Notes: generated by a model from the sequence alone, not told the origin. A stretch of 64,000 nucleotides of DNA from Candidatus Bathyarchaeota archaeon (GCA_963714275.1 CAVQNT010000001.1:64001-128000), one strand, 5' to 3'; shown: positions 21,687 to 34,487, numbered from the stretch's first letter. Translations and numbers: made by a program.

Positions 21687-22523
21687 ATGAAGGATGAAAA
21701 AATAAGGAAAATTGTACAGGAAGGTTATGCAAAAATCGCTAAGAAGGAAACGTCATGTTGCGATGCAACTTCAACTTCTTGCTGTTGTTCAACGCCATCT
21801 ATTGATGAAATCAGTAAAAAAATAGGCTACAGCGAAGAAGACATAAATTCAGTCCCAGAGGGCGCAAATCTTGGTCTCGGATGTGGTAATCCTATTGCGT
21901 TAGCTTCTCTAAAAAAGGGAGAAACTGTCCTCGACCTCGGTTCTGGAGCCGGATTCGACTGTTTTCTTGCAGCCAACAGAGTTGGCAAATATGGAAAGGT
22001 CGTTGGCGTTGACATGACAGATGAAATGATCGACAAGGCAAGAGAAAACTCCATAAAAGGCAGGTATCAGAATGTAGAGTTCAGACTAGGAGAAATCGAA
22101 AATCTTCCCGTAGCCGACAATACGATTGATGTTGTAATCTCGAATTGCGTGATAAATCTTTCACCTAATAAGAAGCGCGTTTTCGAAGAAGCCTTCAGAG
22201 CCCTAAAATCCGGCGGAAGATTAATGGTCTCAGACATAGTCATGCTGAGTAAGATCCCGGAAAGCATAAAAAAGAATATTCAGGCATACATCGGTTGCCT
22301 CTCTGGTGCAGAAATGAAGGACAAGTATCTAAAAATGATAGAAGACGCTGGCTTCCAAGAAGTTAGAATTGTCGAAGAAAACCATTTTCCAGTCGAAAGT
22401 ATGACTAACGAACCCACTGCAAAAGAAATTGTCACATCTTCAGGGATACCAGCTGAAAGAATCATTAAAATCACCAACATGGTGTCCAGTTTAAAAGTCT
22501 CTGCCTTGAAACCTAAGAACTAG
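21687..22523 (+). CDS. arsM: Arsenite S-adenosylmethionine methyltransferase
   Basis: LGLGCGNP, LDLGSGAGFDC, GVDMT, ISNCVINL, GCLSGA; Cys-rich N-terminus. Confidence 0.9.
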   Translation: MKDEKIRKIVQEGYAKIAKKETSCCDATSTSCCCSTPSIDEISKKIGYSEEDINSVPEGANLGLGCGNPIALASLKKGETVLDLGSGAGFDCFLAANRVGKYGKVVGVDMTDEMIDKARENSIKGRYQNVEFRLGEIENLPVADNTIDVVISNCVINLSPNKKRVFEEAFRALKSGGRLMVSDIVMLSKIPESIKKNIQAYIGCLSGAEMKDKYLKMIEDAGFQEVRIVEENHFPVESMTNEPTAKEIVTSSGIPAERIIKITNMVSSLKVSALKPKN

Positions 22524-22831
22524 CTACGCCGAATAATACACTCACTAAAAAGACTACATTATATGTTAATTCGAAGATATTTTTTTGATCCTTTAATTAT
22601 TTTCAGACCATAAAGATATTCGAGTCAAGAAAGTCTTCTTTTTCAAAATAAAATTTGAATTTTAAAAAAAATATCCTATAATTAATAAATAGTGTTCAAT
22701 TAATATAAACGATTAGAAACATAAGAATTGTGATCTTCTCAATATAATTTATTAACACATTTCCCCACCTAGTTCCAGAAGTGTTTTTATACCTTTTCTC
22801 TTTTTTAGAACATAAAAAGTCGGAGAGAATC

Positions 22832-23690
22832 TTGAAGTCCAGCAATTTAATGCTATTCTTATTGCTTGCTTTTCTTTGGGGAACAGGGTGGTCTGCCACT
22901 AAGATTGCGTTGAGTTACGTTTCTCCTTCATCTTTTTTATTACAACGATTTATCTTTTCTACTATCTTTATGTTTCCAGTTTTTTTGATATTTACAAAAG
23001 CGAATTCCGCATGATGTTAAAACCTTGGGAAAACTTCTGCTGCTATGTTCAATCAATGCTTTTGGAGTTACAGTCACAAATATTGGGCTGGTGGGAGAGA
23101 GTTCAGGCATAGGAGCCGTACTTACTTATACTCAACCACTTTTCGTGTTCTGTCTCGCTATCCCCTTTTTAAATGAGAGGTTGAAGAAAACTAAATTCGT
23201 AGGGACAACTGTGGGATTTGCTGGAGTTGTTCTTCTTTTTCTAGGCAGCATAGGCTCTTTGACATTTGCCTCTTCTGTAATCATGATTTTAGGCGCATTC
23301 TTGTGGGCTGTTACTATAATCTATTACAAACGATTTTTGAACCACGTGGACTCTTTTGTCACAAATTTTTTCCAGTGGGCATTTGGTGTAATTCCTCTTG
23401 CAGTGTTGAATCTTTATAATGGCATCTACTTTTTTCCGAAAGAATTGACTTACCTTTGGATGGTTCTTTATACAGCAATTGGAAGCGCATGTGTAGGATG
23501 GACGATATGGCTTTACCTTCTCAGGAAAGAAGATGCTATTGTTGTCTCAGGTTCCAGCTTCATGGTTCCTTTAATTGCCTTATTTTTCGGTTGGCTTTTC
23601 CTTGGAGAGAACATAACTATCGAATCAATACTCGGTTCAGCACTCGTACTCATAGGAGTATTCCTAGTTAACATAAAAAACCATAAGTGA
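22832..23690 (+). CDS. EamA/DMT family transporter; frameshift near 22992
   Basis: LWGTGW..K, two EamA-like repeats, FGWLFLGE. Confidence 0.82.
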
Positions 23691-24240
23691 GATGTAAAGA
23701 TTCTAGCAAATCTACTTCACTTTGGCTGAATTAACCTAGTACAGATAGTCGCAATCTGAAGCGAAGATTCCAGTTAATAATTCTGGAAGCTGCTGCAACA
23801 CTGCTTTTAAGCAGTTTGTGAAAAGAAGGCGAAGTAAGAGCGAAATCCAAGGAAATTAAAATTTGTTTGACTAATGATCCGTAGACTTGATAAGCAGTTC
23901 ATCAACACTGTCCTAAACCATAAGCCTTTTCCCTTAATGTCTGTCATCTTCAAATTAGCTTTCCTCGTTTCTTTCCTTAGAGTTTTTTCCATCCCATTAA
24001 TGGTGGCTCGATGCCTAGTGATCTATGAAACTAAAAGAAGAATGAAACTACATGGAAAAGCGGGATGACCTCAGAGAAAAACATGGTTTCCAGGAAATCT
24101 AGAACAGTAATTGCTGTTGAATGTAAAAATTATACTTTGGTTTTTCGCACATAAAGTTTCTCTTCACTGAGCGCTTGGCTATTACAGAAGTGGAATATTT
24201 AGGTCAATGCCAGATAGTCTGATTATATAATAAGATTAAT

Positions 24241-25983
24241 GTGGGAAAATTGCCAATAACACCAAGTATGACTAACACTCAAAAGAATTTTCTATTCTTA
24301 TCCATTTTATTAGTCATTTATGCCTTAGGATTAGGTCTAGTTTTTTTCATTGATAGAGACTTTGGTGAAATCCAAGTCGAAATTGTGTCGATTCCTGGTC
24401 AGGAACAAGTAAGCGGCATTATTTATCGCCCAAAGAATGCCTCTGAGATAAACCCTTATCCAGCTATTGTGTTAGCCCATGGAATAAGCGGTTCTAAACA
24501 GATGCTTAGTGGAATAGCACTTGAACTTGCAAGAAACGGTTTCATATCGCTTACTATAGACTTGGTTGGGCATGGTGATTCAGGTGGAGTTTTTACTGGT
24601 GCTGTAGACAAGACCCTTGGAACTTTGGTTGCAGTAAAATATCTGGAGGAACAGCCTTATGTAAACTCGGCATTAATTGGTCTGGTGGGTCACAGCTTAG
24701 GCGCTGGAGTTATTAGAGCTTTAGCTGCGGGTCATAATATTTTTGGGGCTTCGGTCTATATAGCTGGTGGGCTTGGTGAAATGGTCAGTGATCCAGCATA
24801 CGGAGTTCTCAATTCCACTTTCCCAAGAAACTTATTGATAATAATAGGTGAGGAAGATGTTCTATTTGATATGGGGCAAACTCAGAAGCAATTGCTTCCT
24901 GTGTTTGGTAATCCGAATGTAATTATTCCAGATCAGGTTTATGGTGCTTTTTCAAATCAAACAGCTGGGAGCTTTTGACTCCTACAACGACTCACCTCCT
25001 CGAACCCGTTGATCCGGCGGTTGTTTCAGAAATAGTTAGTTGGATGAGAAGAACACTAGGTTTAGAAAACCTGGCTGGAGCAACAAGAATTAATTACGTT
25101 TTTCGCGAAATATCTGTAATTATTAGCCTAACAGCATTTGTGGGCCTTGTTTTCCCACTTTTTTCGATTATTCAAGATTACTTTCCTTCGCTCAGTCAGA
25201 ACAGTAACAATGAAAAGTATGAAAGCATAAAAGACTGGAAGATACTCACCATTTGGGGAACGCTTAAGCTCAGCTTTGTTGTTGCCCATTTTTTCATTTG
25301 GATTCCTAATTCCTTTTCCACCCTTGATCTTTGGCGCTTCTTTTTCTTTATGGTTTCTATCTATCGGCATCGTAGGTCTTCTCATCTTTATCGTATTATC
25401 CAGATGCACTTCAGTTAAGATCAAGATTCTAACTGAGCTTGCCCAAACCTTCAGACCGCGTAACATAATTATTGGAGTCGGCATCTTCGCATTTCTTTAC
25501 TTGCTGGCTTATGTCTCGGAAGCAACATTTCTGACAAAATTAAGGATGGTCGTTATACCATTGTTTAATGTGGTGACAAATCATAATAGGATTTTAGCCT
25601 TTCTGGAGTGTGTTCCCTTTTTCCTTGTTTTCTTCTTCGTAGAAGGCTTGTATCTTCATAAATTACGTAGCTCGTTAATCTATAAGAAAAATTTGTGGTT
25701 CCAAATCGTAAACGCTACCAAGACTATCGGAATAAAGGTCTTCCCATACCTTGCTTTGTTGTGTATCGACTATGTTCCTATGTTTTTGCTGAACATCCGA
25801 CTTTTACCATCCTTAATTGGATTTTTAATGGAGTTTATTGTTGGATTAATTCCACTTTTCATGATAACTGTTGCTTATTCATGGTGGTTCTACCATAAAA
25901 CTGCCAATCTGGGAACAGCAGTTATACTAAACTCTCTTCTTTTCGCATGGTCCGCAGCAGCTACTTTCCCCTTATCTACCTAG
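24241..25983 (+). CDS. Membrane-bound alpha/beta hydrolase with multi-TM C-terminal domain; frameshifts near 24970 and 25265
   Basis: LAHG, DLVGHG, GHSLG nucleophile elbow, THLLEP (His), followed by many hydrophobic helices. Confidence 0.75.
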
Positions 25984-26055
25984 ATATAGAAAAAATGATG
26001 GAAGTGTTATACATTTAAAATATAGTTTGGTTTACTACGTAGTTACATTAAACAA

Positions 26056-26184
26056 GATGTTCGAAGGATAAGAATAGGGGAAGGATAGACCATTGAAACC
26101 CTGATCAATGAAGAGGCTCTGCTATTTGCGAAGTTTCTGAGAGATGAACGTGAAGCATGGATTCCTAGACTACCATCTATTTAA
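26056..26184 (+). pseudogene. Probable C-terminal remnant of a solo Cas1/casposase-type integrase
   Basis: Frame reads DVRRIRIGEG*TIETLINEEALLFAKFLRDEREAWIPRLPSI*. This resembles, from memory, the C-terminus of archaeal solo Cas1 proteins; internal TAG and no upstream gene body. Confidence 0.5.
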
Positions 26185-26258
26185 TGTTATTTTTTTTGTA
26201 ATGCTTTAACTAGTAAGAAATATTAAGAGTTAATTGTGAACCTGTCTTAGGGGTAACT

Positions 26259-26759
26259 ATGATGAGTAAAGAATATGATACAGAAATTATGAAATTGATA
26301 ACTGATGTGGACTCAATAAAGTATAATTTTTATGATTATTTGTTCAGAGAAGTCCCAGATATTGGAGTCATAGGTCTATTATTAGTGGTATTTTTAATGG
26401 TTCAAACTCTCAGCATAGGAATAGAAGAAAAGGTCTACGTCCAATTACTTATAGCCTCTGGAGCATTAACCATGTCAGCATTAGTTTTTTACATCACAAT
26501 CTTTCCGAAATGGGACGTGATTTTCTCTGAATATAAAGCGAGAAAAATATGTAAGTCATTAAATTATGATAACGAAGAAACGAAGGTTCTCCTAATGGCT
26601 CTTATTTCTATGAAAGTTAGACAACCAAAAATAAAACTTTCGACAATTTATAAATTAGAACCAGAAACTTTCACAAAAAAGACACTTTATTCAATTTCTA
26701 TACAAACACTAGTCAGCTACCAATATATAGTTTATACCCATCTTAGAATACAACAGTAG
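26259..26759 (+). CDS. Hypothetical membrane protein (very AT-rich)
   Basis: 166-aa ORF with two TM segments; the true stop may be at about 26712 if a -1 correction applies. Confidence 0.55.
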   Translation: MMSKEYDTEIMKLITDVDSIKYNFYDYLFREVPDIGVIGLLLVVFLMVQTLSIGIEEKVYVQLLIASGALTMSALVFYITIFPKWDVIFSEYKARKICKSLNYDNEETKVLLMALISMKVRQPKIKLSTIYKLEPETFTKKTLYSISIQTLVSYQYIVYTHLRIQQ

Positions 26760-26892
26760 TTCTTTTTACTTTGAATGATTGTCTCCAATCAGTTTTTAAG
26801 CCTCTTTTTTATGATAGTAACAAAATAGGGATGAAAACATATAGAAGCCATGTTGTTGATTAGTAATGAAATGTCCCAATTAAGGAAATGAG

Positions 26893-29704
26893 GTGAATAA
26901 GGCTTTGCCCTACTGTCGTTTCTACGGAACTCGACTTGGATCTTTTGTTCCAGAGAAAGATGAGGAGAAGAAGGGAAGAGAGCGATTTCAAAGAAGAATC
27001 TTATTTCTATTTATTTTTTTCATAGCAGTTATTATCATAACGTTTTTTTCGTTGTATGTCTGGCTTCAATGGTCAATACTTGAGACGATGTATCTCCAGA
27101 AAGGAGGACTCGACTGGTTCAGCATAAACTATTATTACAATTATACCTTCATTACAGCTGCCATCTTGGCTTTGATAGTGGTGAATCCCCGTGTTGGCAG
27201 AAGCGATATTTACGGAATATGGGAAGCGATTTGGCGATTAAGTCAAGCTTGGTACAGAACCGAGAGGAAGCCTACTTTCTCTTTAAAAAATCGAAGACTC
27301 ACTTGGTTTACATGGCAAGTTGTAAAATGGGGCATCGCCTTCTTAGTCATCGTCTTGCTTAATGGTCTGCCATTTCTTGGAAAAGTTACTCCAGCTATTT
27401 ACATGGCGATAAAAAATGTTGGCAGCTCGGAACCTTGTATCTCGGGTTTTTCTTCTCCCAGTTTTTCCAGCATCAAGTACTGAGCTTATCTCTTTGATGC
27501 CGACTATGGAAGTTCAATATAACATTTTTTCCTTTTTCGCAACAGCTTTGCTTGCGGTTGTGGCTATTAGGTTGGTACTTAAGATTATCAGGCATTTCAT
27601 TCAAGAACAACAAAATGTTTGGATTCGCGATATTTTTTTAATCTTAACCTTGGTGATGGTCGCAATAATTATCGGCATGCCTTATTGGGCTATGGATGTC
27701 ACTACACCATTTGTTTTTATGATAAGTCTTCTTTTTCTCTCAGGATTTCTGGTTGCTACAGTTTATTTCCAGTTCATAGGTTTGGGACGGAACCTTTCTT
27801 TTGCTGAACGTAAAAGAACGCTCTTCTTAGGTCTTGTTATTGCATTAATTGTTGGGTTACTGATTAACGCTGGTTTTATAGCTTTTTACAGGCTTAACTG
27901 GAACAATAATTGGATCCAATACGAGTGGTTACCTCTAAATCAGAAACAAATTAATGTCACACGATGGGCAGCTGGAATTCAGGATTTAGAAAGGAAATCG
28001 ATTCAAGACTTACCTATGGGAAATTTGACTGAGACCTTGAGTCAGATAAGACAATGGGATCAGTCTGCTGCATACACGAGGATGATAAATCGTATAGGTG
28101 CCAACTGGATGACTCTTGCTGATTCTGATATAATATATGTCGCTGGACATGAATTTTGGGTGGCTCCAACAACTATTTCATATCCCAGTACAGATTGGAT
28201 AAGCGTTCACCTGATTTATACTCATACATCAAAAATTATCACAATCGATAGTCATACTGGCAATTATGTTAATGCTACAGATGTCTTTGGAATTGCGGAG
28301 GAACCCCATATATATTATGGTGAAGGCTTCGACGCATCTGTATATGTTAATGTTGAAGGCTTTAACGAGGTTGAAAACGTAACCTACTCAGGACCTCCGG
28401 ATTTTATTCTTTCAGGATGGCAAAGATCTTTATGGTTTGCGTCTCAAGGGCAATTCGGGTTCGCTTTCACGCCTCCACAAGAAAATATAAACATGCTGTA
28501 CAACCGCGACGTGTTTAAACGCGTGCAAGAAATTCTTATTCATGGATTAAAGGTGGATTCAGATGCTTATCCAGTAAGTGATGGAACGAATATTTACTAT
28601 GCAGTGCAAGTTTACATCGATTACCGTCTACTTTCAGGTTTTACACTAACAATTACCTTAGAAATCTTGCTGTAGTCTTGGTTAATGTGAAAGATGGTAC
28701 AATGCAAGGATACTTTGTGGGAAACCCAGATGGGTTCCTAGTTGACTTTTACAAGGAATATTACCCCTCTTGGAAACAGATAGATGACCCTAGTGCCAGT
28801 TGGCTTAGACCTCACTTCGTTATCCTGAGGAAGTTTTAGGTAAGCAAAACACTGCCGGACAGACTAGATGCTGATTTTATTTTTCATGTAAGTGACCCAT
28901 TTGTATGGAGGTCAGGAAACCAGTTCTATGAAAGACCTCCTCAAACCGAAGTCCTATATGTTCCAGTCTATGAACAAAGCAAGAGGTATTTTGTAGGTTT
29001 ACAGTTGGTAGAATATTTAGGATCAGAGGGGAAGAATTTAGTCGGCGTTTACCTTGCTTACGGTAGTGAAGACCGTGGTAAAATCATCCTTTATGAGGTT
29101 CCCAGCACGACTCAACTTTTGGGACCTACATCTGCACAGACATCACTGATAGCCAACCAAGATGTTAGGACAAGGTTGACTTTCTATGGTTATTACCAAA
29201 CTCCTCCCACAGCGCGACTTGGCAACATTCTTCTGTATCCCATTGGTGGAAAACTTTACTATTTCATTCCAGTGTATCTGGTTGGTCAGGTTATGTCGAC
29301 AATGCCTCAAATAGGCATCATTGACGCATCTTCTGGCAACGCAGTGGCTTTAGGTTCTAATGCTGAAGAAGCATACCGAAACCTTGTTGGAGTAATAACA
29401 GGAGAACAAAAATCAGCCAAAGAACGTTTGGCTAAAGTCTTTCAACTTTTCACCGGATACAACCTAGTTAATGTCACTGCTGTCAATCCAGATGTCGAAA
29501 TTCAAACTGGAAACTTATAGTTACATTGTGGAGAACCAGTGGAATCCAGTGGAAGCGGGAATAAACGACTTCACACAATCTTATGGGGCTAATGGCACAC
29601 GAATTCTGGCTTGGTATCCCGATGACCGGACAGTGAACCTGGGAGTTTTGATTAAAGAACAAGATTTCGTCTATCTCTATTATATTAGCATCAAATACAC
29701 GTAA
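26893..29704 (+). CDS. UPF0182 family integral membrane protein; several frameshifts
   Basis: Multi-TM N-half, TRWAAGI, IRQWD, HLIYTH, PHIYYGE, DAYPV, LRYPE, LGNILLYPI spread over ORFs 26893..27483, 27416..28675, 29005..29520 and 29471..29704. Confidence 0.78.
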
Positions 29705-30010
29705 TCTTATGAGCAGAAAACGGCAAATTAGTTTGCTATTCATTAACACTTGTCATGAAAGCAACTTCAAACTCACCACAAAAAGAATGGGACAGACATA
29801 GGAACAGACACTGACACAGGGAGAGACAAAGGAATTGGTGAAGTTGGGGATTAATTTTCAAACTTTCCCTCTCTTTACAAGTTTCTGAAGGGCAAAAAAG
29901 AAGGTTAAAAGCCTAAAATTTTTTTAATTCTTTCGTCCAGACATGTAATTCATAATTTTTTTTAAATAATTGAATTAGAAGGTACGTTGGAAGCAGAAAG
30001 TACTTAGACC

Positions 30011-30463
30011 TTGTTTCGGTGGGGATCCTTGGACTCAGTGAAGAACTTCGAGAAGATTATTGAAGATGCGAAAGATCTACTGATTGAAGAAAAAATACTC
30101 GTAGGTATTGAAAGTACAGAAGAGTTCCTCATGAAATCCGATCGGCTAACCAAAACCAGTAAAGCCCTAACCTCGTCGAAGAAAGGCTTTATACTAAAAA
30201 ATAAAGAAACTATAAAATATAAAGGCGCTCTCAGGCGCATAAAAGCACCTAACTATTTCTTTTCTGCAGCATTTTGCATATGGATTGTACTGTTATTGAA
30301 TGTATACTTACCAATTATCGGGTCTATAACACCTGTTTCTACTCTGATGAGAAACAATATTATAATGATTTCTTTCCTGGTGTCAGCAGGCGTAGCATCC
30401 ATACTCTCCTTTATTATAGGCATTAACAAGCTAAGGGGAAAGGATAACGAAAAAAAGGCATGA
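30011..30463 (+). CDS. Hypothetical protein with two C-terminal TM helices (possibly 5'-truncated)
   Basis: 150-aa AT-rich ORF with no recognisable motif. Confidence 0.4.
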   Translation: MFRWGSLDSVKNFEKIIEDAKDLLIEEKILVGIESTEEFLMKSDRLTKTSKALTSSKKGFILKNKETIKYKGALRRIKAPNYFFSAAFCIWIVLLLNVYLPIIGSITPVSTLMRNNIIMISFLVSAGVASILSFIIGINKLRGKDNEKKA

Positions 30464-30723
30464 AATTGAAAAGTTTTCTTTGTGCTGATATTTATATTAT
30501 TAAGCCTATTCAACTGATTCAATGATTACAACAAGTTCAACAAGATTGCTTCTTGAAAGTTATTTAAAATAGTCCCATTAGTTTGTAAACTATCATTCTA
30601 GGTCCTGAACCTAAAATGAATATATATTTTTTTGAAGTTAAATATCCTTTGATTATTCTTGTGCTCTTCTATATATGCTACTGAAATATGTTAATACAAA
30701 GGTGATTAAGAAGAGGAAAGATT

Positions 30724-31488
30724 ATGAATTTTCGAATAGCAGGTGCACAGTTGCCTGTGACAAAAGATATAAAGACCAATCTCGAAACGATAAAAACCGC
30801 ATTAGATTATGCAATTAATGAAGAAGCAGACATTCTTCTGACGCCTGAAGGGTCTTTGAGTGGATACATACATGATTTTAATCAGGCAATAGTAAAAAAT
30901 GCCTTAGAGACCATTATTGCCAAGGTGAAGGGTAAACTGGGCTTGGCACTCGGCACATGCTATTTTGAGAAAGATGGTAAATGTTATAATCAAATTCGGT
31001 TTTATAATAAAAATGGTCGGTATCTGGGTTCTCACAGCAAGATTCTTCTCTGTAGCACACTCACCAAGCCTTTAAAGGGAGAGATAGAACAATACAGCGT
31101 AAAGCCTCTGAAAACATTTAACTTTAAAGGGATAATCATCGGAGGGTTAATCTGCAACGACATGTGGGCAAACCCAAATTGCACACACATGCCTGATACG
31201 CATCTCTCGCAGCAACTGGCGAGGAAGGGAGTCAAGATTATTCTTCATGCGGTAAATGGTGGAAGAGACCCCAGTGAGTTCTCTCAAGTCGTTACAAGAA
31301 ATTTCCATGAATCAAATCTGAGGATGCGCGCAAAAGCTGGGAACATCTGGATCGTAACAGTTGACAACTGTGTTCCACAAGACATACCATGCTCATCACC
31401 GGGAGGAATCATAAATCCAGAAGGCGAATGGGTCGTGCAGCTTCCACCAAAGGGAGAACACTTTTTTGTTCACACGATAGATATTTAA
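30724..31488 (+). CDS. Carbon-nitrogen hydrolase (nitrilase superfamily)
   Basis: TPEG, HSKILL and LICND (E-K-C triad). Confidence 0.85.
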   Translation: MNFRIAGAQLPVTKDIKTNLETIKTALDYAINEEADILLTPEGSLSGYIHDFNQAIVKNALETIIAKVKGKLGLALGTCYFEKDGKCYNQIRFYNKNGRYLGSHSKILLCSTLTKPLKGEIEQYSVKPLKTFNFKGIIIGGLICNDMWANPNCTHMPDTHLSQQLARKGVKIILHAVNGGRDPSEFSQVVTRNFHESNLRMRAKAGNIWIVTVDNCVPQDIPCSSPGGIINPEGEWVVQLPPKGEHFFVHTIDI

Positions 31489-31649
31489 TATTCAGTTAAT
31501 CTTAACCAAAAATTCCAATATCAGAAGAGACTTTTGGATAGACCTACCTCTCTTATAACAACAAGACCATTATAACGTGTTATAGCGCGCGCGCTAATAC
31601 TATATCTATGAAAGTATGTATAATGGACTTTTAATAGTAGGTTAATATC

Positions 31650-32937
31650 ATGGAAAAAAGGTATTACACGCCTAGTGCCCTTAACCGAAAAATGCGGGAA
31701 TGGTTCCAAGATTCCAAGTTTGGCATGTTTATCCATTGGGGCGTCTACAGTGTGTTGGGTGATGGGGAATGGGTTATGCACAACAAAAAGATGACAGTGG
31801 AAGAATATGAAAAATTTCCCCTGTTATTTAACCCAATCGAATATGATCCGGCTGAGTGGGTACGAATCGCTAAGAATGCAGGGACGAGGTACATAACAAT
31901 TACGAGTAAACACCACGATGGTTTTGCAATGTATGATTCTAAAGTCAGCAATTATGATATTGCGGATCGCACACCATACAGGAAAGACGTGCTCAAGATG
32001 CTGGCTGATGAGTGTAAGAAACAAGACGTAAAGCTTATTCTTCTACTATTCGCATCTTGATTGGCATCATACTGACTATTACCCACGCGGAAGAACTGGG
32101 GAATATAGCAACCGACCAAACCGCGGAGACTTTAACAAATACCTCGACTACATGAATGCACAGATTGCTGAGTTATGTAGCGGAAATTACGGTGAGATTG
32201 GGGGAATATGGTTTGACGGTTGGTGGGACCAGCAGTTTAAGAAGTCTGGTGAACCAGTAAAGAAGACACAAGTTGACTGGCGTTTAGAGGAGACGTACGA
32301 TTTAATACACAAGTTACAGCCTCAAGCGCTGATTGGGAACAATCATCACGTTGCACCATTTGTTGGAGAGGATTTTCAGATGTTCGAGAAGGATCTGCCT
32401 GGGCATAATACAACTGGGTTTGGTGGTGATGCTGAAATAGGAGGTCTTCCGTTAGAAACGTGTGAAACCATAAACAATTCTTGGGGGTATAACAAAAACG
32501 ACAAGGATTTCAAAAGTACAGAAAAGTTAATCCAATATTTGGTAAGAGCTGCTGGATCCAATGCAAACTTTCTTCTAAATGTGGGCCCAATGCCCAATGG
32601 CATGATTCAGTCAGAGTTTGTTAAGCGTATTGATGGGATTGGACAATGGATGACTAAGAATGGAGATTCGATTTATGGCACGCGAGGAGGTCCCTTTGAA
32701 CCTACCGAAAACTATGTGACTACCTGCAAAGATGATAAAATTTATTTACATGTACTGGACTGGAAAGGCGAAAACCGTATAATGGTTCCTTCTGTTCTGA
32801 AAAAGAAAATCATGAAAGCTTGGAAGCTGGATGACGGAAAGGTTGTTCAGGTTCGGGAGCATCAGCAAGGTCTTATTGTTAGCCTTCCAAAAGGTAGACA
32901 AAACAACATCGACACCATTATTGTTCTTGAACATTAA
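31650..32937 (+). CDS. Alpha-L-fucosidase (GH29); frameshift near 32036
   Basis: KFGMFIHWG, TSKHHDGF, IWFDG, ETCETINNSWGY, LLNVGP. Confidence 0.92.
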
Positions 32938-32986
32938 ACAAATACAATTACTCAATTGAAGTTGCTGGAGTCAGTCTGAAAAACCT

Positions 32987-34093
32987 ATGGTAAAAAATAG
33001 TTTAAGTTGGCTTTTAGAAAACGCAGGTCCGATAATTCGTTACCGAACTGCGACAGAGCCTCTTAGGAGAATCAAACCAAGATAAAGTTGGTTCTCTAAG
33101 AAAGGATTTTATTATCGTGCAAATTGGTTCAATCATGGCTAGGCAACCTTCAGCCTTACTTTTGGGCTCTGCATGGCAGTAAGTCAGTAAATTTCGAGAA
33201 TGCGATGGGAAAGCTGTACGAGTTTGGATTAAGGAAAGGTATTGAAGCCTTGGATGAGAAGACGAAGCCTTTCGAAAACTGGTTAAGGCAACAAGTTGAC
33301 AATCCTACCTACAATTATTTCTATCTGGCTTTGGTCGCTTCGTTTCTGTCTATGACCGGCTACTCTACTGAAGAAGCTGTCAATGAATGTATTCTTGAAA
33401 GATTAGAGACCGTTTATCCTTTTGCCAAAAAGGCTGACTTTAACGAAATCTACATTCCTCAGGATTCATATCAAGGCTTCCCTAAAGCCTTCAGAGATAA
33501 GCCTTTATTGAATCCTGCTCTTGAGGCCGATAAAGGGTCAATGCTGCCCTCAATCCATGACATCAACGCCTTTTTGCATTCCGCTTCCCTAATGGATAAT
33601 GTTCAGTTAAGGAGTAAGGTTGAAAAAATCGTGGAGTTTGTTCTAAGACCGGAATATCAAAAACTTTATCCTGGATATGGCGTTGTGATGATTTCAGGTA
33701 AGTTTTACTCGAGCTGGATGGAGCGTTCATCTGCCAGGCTACTTCGAATCTGATGTTGGAAAGACAAGTCCATACCAGTTTGCCCCTCATCCAGATAATC
33801 CTAACCACCCATCTTTGCTATTACGTTTAAGTATGATGAGTCACTCTAAAGCAGCCAGGGCGCATTCGTGGTTCAACCGTATGCTTTCAATGCTTGAAAG
33901 TTTCAGAATTGAAGATGGAATTTTTACTATTCCTCGTAATCTCTTGCTTGAGAAGGAAGGCTACTGGGTAAATGGGTATAGGCTAGGGCTTGAAGTTGAT
34001 AGAAGAGTAAAAAAAGCCATTACCTGCGAGTCAACATTCCGTTACCACGAAATCGTAAAAAATCATCTAACTGATCATTATGTCACTTGCTAG
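32987..34093 (+). CDS. Hypothetical protein (alpha-helical, prenyltransferase-repeat-like N-terminus); frameshifts near 33058 and 33710
   Basis: MVKNSLSWLLENAGPIIRYRTATEL start, joined to ORFs 33124..33753 and 33815..34093. Confidence 0.55.
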
Positions 34094-34186
34094 TATATGA
34101 TATGAGAAACAAACTATTTGAAGGGCGATTTAACATATTTACTAATCATGTTAGTATCGTGATCAATATACATGATGAAACCTAAG

Positions 34187-34200
34187 AAAGGGTTTAAATA
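34187..34200 (+). promoter_or_regulatory. Archaeal BRE/TATA promoter of the tusA operon (leaderless)
   Basis: AAAGGGTTTAAATA ends about 20 nt upstream of ATG 34221, with no RBS. Confidence 0.55.
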
Positions 34201-34220
34201 TAACGACGTTATATTTATTT

Positions 34221-34475
34221 ATGGTGACTAATCTGTCTCCAAATATTAATCCCGATAGGACTTTAGATTGTTTCGGGCTTTATTGCCCAGAGCCTGTATT
34301 TAGAACGCGCGTGGAACTGGACAGAATGAGAGTAGGAGAGGTTTTAGAAGTAGTAACTGATGATCCTGCAGCTGAGGAGGATATAAAGAGTCTTATTAAG
34401 CGGACTGAACATGAGCTACTAAAAATAAGTAAAGAAGGCGACGTCGTGCATTTTCTTATTAGAAAAGTAAAATGA
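34221..34475 (+). CDS. tusA: Sulfur carrier TusA/SirA family
   Basis: LDCFGLYCPEP, LEVVTDDP, DI. Confidence 0.9.
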   Translation: MVTNLSPNINPDRTLDCFGLYCPEPVFRTRVELDRMRVGEVLEVVTDDPAAEEDIKSLIKRTEHELLKISKEGDVVHFLIRKVK

Positions 34476-34487
34476 AGGTGAAAGTAA

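Noticed and set aside
29755-29880. Purine-rich GACA-type low-complexity tract as ncRNA or repeat
   Set aside because: Only short imperfect repeats, with no stable structure or second copy visible.
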